From an uncultured Bacilli bacterium (GTDB lineage: Bacteria; Bacillota_I; Bacilli_A; RF39; UBA660), in contig CAKOTU010000001.1 of the NCBI GenBank assembly GCA_934120265.1, positions 5,395 to 69,394 on the forward strand: a DNA stretch of 64,000 nucleotides, given 5' to 3'. The notes under the pieces were generated by a model, which saw only the letters and a list, made by a program, of their open reading frames with translations, did no database searches and was not told the origin of the DNA. Both the position numbers and the translations under genes were made by a program. Positions 58,809 to 64,000 of this stretch are shown piece by piece; position 1 is the first letter of the stretch; every line of letters starts with the position of its first letter.

Positions 58809-59114
58809 ATGGAAGTAGTAATAGTAATGGCAGTAATAGGTGCTATAGTGTTTTTCTTTAAAAGAACATTTAGTGGCTTTATATATGCTGTAGGAATGGT
58901 TGATATATTTTTAAGAATTTTAGCATTTTTAAAAGTTCAATTATTAGGTGGAGAAGCTTTAGCGTTTGTTAATCGTTGGTTTCCAGCTTCGATTCCTGCT
59001 ATAATTGAAAAATATACTGATGGAGCGTTAACAACAGTGCTTTTCTGGGTATATATTGTAATAATGATAATTTTTGAAGGATATATTATAAAAGGATTTA
59101 TTAAAAAGAGATAA
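58809..59114 (+). CDS. small integral membrane protein (101 aa, 3 TM)
   Basis: Hydrophobic ORF with RBS AGAGG. I recognise no family. Confidence 0.45.
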   Translation: MEVVIVMAVIGAIVFFFKRTFSGFIYAVGMVDIFLRILAFLKVQLLGGEALAFVNRWFPASIPAIIEKYTDGALTTVLFWVYIVIMIIFEGYIIKGFIKKR

Positions 59115-59172
59115 TTGTCTCTTTTTTCTTGAATCAAAAACAAATGTTTGCTATAATTATAATGGTGATAAT

Positions 59173-59727
59173 ATGTATGCGTATATTGATGGTATAGTAA
59201 AAGAAGTAGAAAGCAATTATATTGTTTTGGACAATAATGGAATAGGTTATCAAATATATACACCTAATCCTTATTCATTTAATATAGATGAAAAATATAA
59301 AGTATATTTGTTTCAATTAATAAAAGAAGATGAAAATAGTTTATACGGTTTTAAAAGTAAAGAAGAAAAAGATTTATTTTTAAAACTAATAGAAGTAAAA
59401 GGATTAGGATGTAAGATGGCTCTTCCTATGCTAGCTACTGGCTCAACAGCAGGTATTATTGATGCTATTGAAAGAGAAAATATTTTATATCTAAAAAAAT
59501 TCCCTAAAATAGGAGATAAGGTAGCCCGTCAAATAATTTTAGATTTAAAAGGTAAACTTGTAAGTGGGGAGAAAGTTGTTAGTAATAAGGATTTTACAGA
59601 GCTTACAGAAGCTTTAAAATCACTTGGGTATAAGACTAGTGATATAAACAAAATACTTCCAAGTATTAAAGCTGATGAAGATGTTGAAAATCAAATTAAA
59701 GATGCACTACGTTTATTATTAAAATAG
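59173..59727 (+). CDS. ruvA: Holliday junction branch migration complex subunit RuvA
   Basis: MYAYIDG..V......VL..NGIGYQIY N-terminal OB fold and HhH motifs (VKGLGCKMA, FPKIGDKVA). Confidence 0.9.
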   Translation: MYAYIDGIVKEVESNYIVLDNNGIGYQIYTPNPYSFNIDEKYKVYLFQLIKEDENSLYGFKSKEEKDLFLKLIEVKGLGCKMALPMLATGSTAGIIDAIERENILYLKKFPKIGDKVARQIILDLKGKLVSGEKVVSNKDFTELTEALKSLGYKTSDINKILPSIKADEDVENQIKDALRLLLK

Positions 59728-59735
59728 GAGGTTCT

Positions 59736-60317
59736 ATGAGAATAGGAATAGATATAGATGATACAATTTGTAGTACGTTTGATTTTATTTTACCTTATTG
59801 TTGTAAATATTATGGTATAGATTATAATGAAGCAAAAGAAAAAGGATATTCTTTAGAATACTTAATTAATAACTATGGTTATTATGATTTTGCAAAAAAA
59901 TACTATGGTAAAATCATTCCATATGTTCCTCTAAAGAAAGACGTTGTTAAATATTTAAATAAAATTAAAAAACGTGGTCATCAGATAATTTTTATAACAG
60001 CGCGATCAAGTCGTGGGTATGATAATCCTTACCAATTGACTTATGACTATTTGGTAAAGAACAAGGTTCCTTTTGATGAATTAATAACAGATGTCTTAGA
60101 AAAAGATAAAGCTTGTGTTGATGAATCAATAGATATTTATTTAGATAATGATATTAATAATTGTATAAAAACAAAAGCTATAGGAATAAATACATATTTA
60201 AATATTAGTGAAAATAGTCAAAAGAATAAAGAATTTAAGTGCGTTAAAAATTTTAGACAATTTTATAAAATTATAAAGAAGGAGGAGAAAAGTGGAAGAA
60301 GAAAGAGTAGTAACTAA
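59736..60317 (+). CDS. HAD-superfamily hydrolase, putative 5'(3')-nucleotidase (NT5C/YorS-like)
   Basis: Catalytic IDIDDTI (DxDxT) at the N-terminus and ITAR motif II. The 3' end overlaps the ruvB GTG start by 26 nt. Confidence 0.6.
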   Translation: MRIGIDIDDTICSTFDFILPYCCKYYGIDYNEAKEKGYSLEYLINNYGYYDFAKKYYGKIIPYVPLKKDVVKYLNKIKKRGHQIIFITARSSRGYDNPYQLTYDYLVKNKVPFDELITDVLEKDKACVDESIDIYLDNDINNCIKTKAIGINTYLNISENSQKNKEFKCVKNFRQFYKIIKKEEKSGRRKSSN

Positions 60318-61284
60318 TCATGAATTAGCAGAAGATACTTTTGAAGAAAATATTCGTCCTGATAGTATTGATGAATATATTGGACAGAAGGAAGTAAAAG
60401 AAAACTTAGATGTTTTCATTAAAGCAGCTAAGATGCGAAATGAATCGTTAGATCATGTTTTACTTTATGGCCCTCCAGGGCTTGGTAAAACAACCCTTGC
60501 TTTTATAATTTCTAATGAAATGGGAACAAATATTAAAACTTCTTCTGGTCCGGCTATTGAAAAAAGTGGTGATTTAGCAGCACTTCTTTCAAGTCTAGAA
60601 CCTGGAGATGTACTATTTATTGATGAAATTCACAGAATACCAAGATATATAGAAGAAATTCTTTATTCAGCTATGGAAGATTTTACTTTAGATATTATTG
60701 TTGGTACTGACTCGTCAAGCAGAAATATTAAAATTAATTTACCACCATTTACTTTAGTAGGAGCAACGACTAGAGCTGGTGATTTAACTGGACCATTAAG
60801 AGATCGTTTTGGTATTATATCAAAATTAAATTACTATACAGAAGAAGAACTTACGCAGATAGTTAAAAGAACAAGTCGGGTCCTTGATTGTCCAATCGAT
60901 GATGATGCTGCTATTGAATTAGCTAGACGTAGCAGGGGTACACCAAGAATTGCTAATAGATTATTTAAAAGAGTAAGAGACTATGCATTAGTTTTGGGTA
61001 GTGGTGTCATTGATTTAAAAATAACTAAAATAGCACTTGATAAATTAAAAGTTGATAGTTTAGGTTTAGATGAAACTGATTATAATTTATTAAGATCTAT
61101 TATCGAAAAATTTAATGGTGGTCCTGTAGGAATTGATGCTATTGCATCTTCTATAGGTGAAGAGCAAAGTACTATAGAAGATGTATATGAACCATATTTA
61201 TTACAACAAGGATTCTTAAAAAGAACAAATAGAGGACGTATTGTAACAGATAAAGCATATGAACATTTAAATATAGAAAGGTGA
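60292..61284 (+). CDS. ruvB: Holliday junction branch migration DNA helicase RuvB
   Basis: LRP..ld[21 protein letters not shown] and [13 protein letters not shown] start with RBS GGAGGAG. Confidence 0.95.
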   Translation: MEEERVVTNHELAEDTFEENIRPDSIDEYIGQKEVKENLDVFIKAAKMRNESLDHVLLYGPPGLGKTTLAFIISNEMGTNIKTSSGPAIEKSGDLAALLSSLEPGDVLFIDEIHRIPRYIEEILYSAMEDFTLDIIVGTDSSSRNIKINLPPFTLVGATTRAGDLTGPLRDRFGIISKLNYYTEEELTQIVKRTSRVLDCPIDDDAAIELARRSRGTPRIANRLFKRVRDYALVLGSGVIDLKITKIALDKLKVDSLGLDETDYNLLRSIIEKFNGGPVGIDAIASSIGEEQSTIEDVYEPYLLQQGFLKRTNRGRIVTDKAYEHLNIER

Positions 61285-61288
61285 TAAA

Positions 61289-62293
61289 ATGAAAGTATTA
61301 GTAACAGGAGGAGCTGGATATATAGGAAGTCATACAATGGTTGAGCTTTTAAATGCAGGATATGATGTTGTATGTATAGACAATTTTTCCAACTCAAAAC
61401 CAGAGACGTTAGAAAATGTAAAAAAAATAACTAATAGAGATTTTAGTTTTTATGAAGGGGATGTTTGTTGTAAAGATATTTTAAATAAAATTTTTGACGA
61501 ACAGAAAATTGATGTAGTTATACATTTCGCAGGATATAAAGCGGTAGGTGAATCAGTAAAATTACCTATAAAATATTATCGTAATAACCTTGATTCAACA
61601 CTCTCGTTATTAGAAGTGATGAATAGTCATAATTGTAAAAAAATAGTTTTCTCTTCAAGCGCAACAGTATATGGAAAACCAGAAATATTGCCACTAAAAG
61701 AGAATTCAAAATTAGCACCTATGAATCCATATGGGACTACAAAGTTAATGATTGAAAAAATATTGAAAGACTTATATTGTTCTGATAATGATTGGGGTAT
61801 AGCAATTCTTCGTTATTTCAATCCTGTTGGTGCTCATGAATCCGGATTAATTGGTGAAGACCCAAATGGTATTCCTAATAATTTAATGCCATATATTGTG
61901 AAAGTTGCTACTAAGGAATATCCTAGTTTAAAAGTATTTGGTAATGATTATGATACTAAAGATGGTACTGGAGTAAGAGACTATATTCACGTTGTAGATC
62001 TTGCTAAAGGGCACGTTAAAGCTATTGAAAAAATAAATAGAGATAATGGTATTGATTGTTATAATTTAGGAACTGGTTGTGGATATAGTGTTTTAGATTT
62101 AGTAGAAACATTTAAAAGAGTAAATAATGTCGAAGTTCCATATGAAATTGTTGAAAGAAGACCTGGAGATATTGATATGTATTATGCTGATCCAGTATAT
62201 GCTGAAGAAAAATTAAATTGGAAAGCAGCAAAAAGTATTGATGATATGTGCAAAGATGCATATAACTTTGCAATAAAACAAAAAAGAGATTAA
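61289..62293 (+). CDS. galE: UDP-glucose 4-epimerase
   Basis: VTGGAGYIGSH, SSSATVYG, YGTTK and RYFNPVGAH. Confidence 0.9.
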   Translation: MKVLVTGGAGYIGSHTMVELLNAGYDVVCIDNFSNSKPETLENVKKITNRDFSFYEGDVCCKDILNKIFDEQKIDVVIHFAGYKAVGESVKLPIKYYRNNLDSTLSLLEVMNSHNCKKIVFSSSATVYGKPEILPLKENSKLAPMNPYGTTKLMIEKILKDLYCSDNDWGIAILRYFNPVGAHESGLIGEDPNGIPNNLMPYIVKVATKEYPSLKVFGNDYDTKDGTGVRDYIHVVDLAKGHVKAIEKINRDNGIDCYNLGTGCGYSVLDLVETFKRVNNVEVPYEIVERRPGDIDMYYADPVYAEEKLNWKAAKSIDDMCKDAYNFAIKQKRD

Positions 62294-62302
62294 ATTCTCT
62301 TT

Positions 62303-63211
62303 TTATTTTGCTTCCAAATATAGCTTTTTATTATATTGATGTTGAGAAGTTTTTTTAGCTTCTAGTTGCTCATTATTAATTAAGAAAAAATCATAAATTA
62401 GTATATCTTCACCAGTGTTGGTAACGGGATCATCCCAAGTTAAATCTAAATGATACCAATTATTATCTATATAAACGTAATTCCAAATATGTTCATTACT
62501 AGCTATTCTATAGTTTTTAATTCCTATTTTATCTAAATATATAGCCATAACATCGCTATATCCACCACATATAGCTTTATTTTCAAATAATACACCATAT
62601 GCATTATAAGGTCTTGTTGGGTAATCGTTTTTGTCAGTATTAATATGATAATTATTGTCATATCTTGTGTTATTTATAATATAGTCATGAAATGATTTTA
62701 TTTTTTCTCGATCACTCATAGAACTATTTATATTTTCTTTTATATATTTATCTATAGTAGAATTAATTGATTTTATTTCTTCTTCTGTATAAGCTTTATT
62801 AATGTTTATTTGTATTCTATTAAAACTGTCAGTAGAAACCGCAATATTCTTAAATGAATTAAAAGGATCTACATAATTATTGATAGCTTCTATTTCAGCA
62901 GAATTTCTTGTATAATTATTAAAGTCGTTAATGCAATTTTCATAATCGTTAGAGCAGTAAAGAACAACTTCATTCATTCCACTATTTAGGACAGTATAGA
63001 ATATATTATTGAAGTCATCATTACTTGAAGGTGTTAAGTTTATAGTATTTTGTACTAACTCAAAATCATCATTTTTGTGATACTCGTTAAGTTCTAAATT
63101 AGTTGTTCCTTTAAATAAAATCTTTTGCACAACGTATAAAACGATAGTATCTTTATTAAAATAAGTTATCCCCAAAAGGATAAGTAATAGAATTAAACCA
63201 GACTTCTTCAT
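62303..63211 (-). CDS. membrane-anchored transglutaminase-like cysteine protease domain protein
   Basis: Cys-His-Asp core: AICGGYSD ... HIWNYVYIDNNWYHLDLTWDD. I prefer the start at 63211, with RBS AGGTGA, to 63229. Confidence 0.75.
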   Translation of the reverse strand: MKKSGLILLLILLGITYFNKDTIVLYVVQKILFKGTTNLELNEYHKNDDFELVQNTINLTPSSNDDFNNIFYTVLNSGMNEVVLYCSNDYENCINDFNNYTRNSAEIEAINNYVDPFNSFKNIAVSTDSFNRIQININKAYTEEEIKSINSTIDKYIKENINSSMSDREKIKSFHDYIINNTRYDNNYHINTDKNDYPTRPYNAYGVLFENKAICGGYSDVMAIYLDKIGIKNYRIASNEHIWNYVYIDNNWYHLDLTWDDPVTNTGEDILIYDFFLINNEQLEAKKTSQHQYNKKLYLEAK

Positions 63212-63263
63212 ATGATCACCTAGTTTCATTATATCAAAACATAATAAAAAAAAGAAGTATTAA

Positions 63264-63527
63264 TTACTTCATTTCATTTACTTTTTTAGTTAAACGAGAT
63301 TTGTTACGAGCACAAGTGTTTTTAGCAGTAACACCTTTAGAAACGGCTTTGTCAATTCTCTTAATAGCTACTTTTAAAGCATCATTGGCTTTATCTTTAT
63401 CTTTACTAGCTACAGCTTTTTCAACATTTTTCATAGCTGTTTTCATACTAGCTTTGTACATGTTATTTTGTTCATTTTTTTTACTAATTACTTTTACTGC
63501 TTTTTTAGCATTTTTCATATTTGGCAT
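63264..63527 (-). CDS. rpsT: 30S ribosomal protein S20
   Basis: MPNMKNAKKAVKV...KN...KS..KT..K, a basic 87-aa protein with the typical S20 N-terminus. Confidence 0.95.
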   Translation of the reverse strand: MPNMKNAKKAVKVISKKNEQNNMYKASMKTAMKNVEKAVASKDKDKANDALKVAIKRIDKAVSKGVTAKNTCARNKSRLTKKVNEMK

Positions 63528-63647
63528 AATCTCACCTCCAAGTCATTCAATACATAATATTTTAGCAAACATTTTCACAAATTGCAATGATTTTATTAAA
63601 TTATCATAATATTTAAGCTTTTGTTTATAATAAAAATGGTGATTATA

Positions 63648-64000
63648 GTGAATAAAGAGGTTGATTTATCAAAATATGAGCTTCGTACTGACTTAGCTAT
63701 CGAGTCAATTGATAGTTTTTCTAGTATTGATGGAATAGAAAAAAGTATTAGAAATGTAGAAAATATTAGAGTTACAACAGTAAAAGTAAATGAAATTGGT
63801 AGTAAAAAAATAAATAAAAAAGTAGGGAAATATGTTACAGTTGAGTTTATAGATGTGACTGATTCTGATAATCGTAAAAAAGTATTAGATATTTTTTCTA
63901 AGGAATTAAAAAAGCTATTAAATGATTGTCAAATCAAAGAGGATGATAGTTGCCTTGCTATTGGACTTGGAAACTCTTCTTCAACTCCAGATTCTTTAGG
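63648..64000 (+). CDS. gpr: GPR endopeptidase (spore germination protease), N-terminal part (3' end outside window)
   Basis: RTDLAIES and GLGNSSSTPDSL motifs, GTG start with RBS GGTGAT, and the conserved rpsT-gpr neighbourhood of spore formers. Confidence 0.85.
   Translation, partial: MNKEVDLSKYELRTDLAIESIDSFSSIDGIEKSIRNVENIRVTTVKVNEIGSKKINKKVGKYVTVEFIDVTDSDNRKKVLDIFSKELKKLLNDCQIKEDDSCLAIGLGNSSSTPDSL

Noticed and set aside
32-63609. Short ORFs in the supplied track that lie antisense to, or out of frame within, well-supported genes. Examples: 32..268(-), 5792..6067(-), 10083..10271(-), 11216..11509(-), 11525..11707(-), 15144..15341(-), 15425..15691(-), 17987..18271(-), 20667..20849(-), 22396..22587(-), 23257..23463(-), 25278..25511(-), 26003..26317(-), 26456..26638(-), 28462..28653(-), 30408..30647(-), 30610..30852(-), 35145..35435(-), 35826..36065(-), 36120..36320(-), 38766..39108(-), 39456..39659(-), 39968..40174(-), 40260..40490(-), 40550..40771(-), 49516..49746(-), 50166..50348(+), 53600..53806(-), 56016..56204(-), 56260..56469(-), 58937..59263(-), 61080..61397(-) and 63301..63609(+).
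   Set aside because: Each is fully shadowed by a gene with clear family motifs on the other strand or frame. They lack ribosome-binding sites and have low-complexity Phe/Ile/Ser/Leu-rich translations, which is typical of antisense reading of AT-rich coding DNA.
1-64000. CRISPR arrays, tRNA genes, rRNA genes and large tandem or interspersed repeats.
   Set aside because: Reading the intergenic regions, I saw no regularly spaced direct repeats, no cloverleaf-like GC-rich ~75-nt islands and no rRNA-like segments. Almost all non-coding gaps are under 300 nt and are explained by promoters or terminators.

Overview
Chromosomal segment of a very AT-rich, endospore-forming Firmicute; G+C is visibly below about 30%, and spo0A, gpr and a CotD-family coat gene are present. 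No finer taxon can be assigned from sequence alone. Most of the window is co-directional + strand housekeeping: clpP, a gap-pgk-tpiA-gpmI glycolytic cluster with unrelated genes interleaved, dusB, lysS, ackA, ffh, tex, uppP, an S-box-controlled metK, tig, priA, fmt, ruvAB, galE, rpsT and gpr. I saw no rRNA, tRNA or CRISPR array. Main findings: (1) A CotD-family spore-coat gene is split at 25430/31221 by a 5,790-bp insertion. The insertion ends in a large serine recombinase gene and is bounded by a CACAT direct repeat. Its two ends together form a symmetric attP-like inverted repeat, and removing it restores a 103-aa in-frame ORF. This matches the skin/SPbeta type of developmentally excised intervening element. 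(2) Apart from the recombinase, the element carries a KAP-family P-loop NTPase and a membrane protein with DUF4236 and FtsK-gamma domains. I treat this pair as an uncharacterised candidate system. (3) A pilin-like surface protein gene (49133..50521) has a G10 tract in the spacer between -35 and -10 of its promoter, suggesting phase variation. Its last ~28 codons form a GC-rich, adenine-poor patch dominated by NNC codons in a DUF1566-like C-terminus, which resembles a DGR variable region. No reverse transcriptase or template repeat lies in the window. Smaller accessory items: a MazG-like gene followed by a GIY-YIG/DUF2075 gene at the left edge, a solitary RhuM-like/Fic-Doc fusion, a DinD-like gene, an IS3-family transposase relic, and tandem 0A boxes upstream of spo0A.
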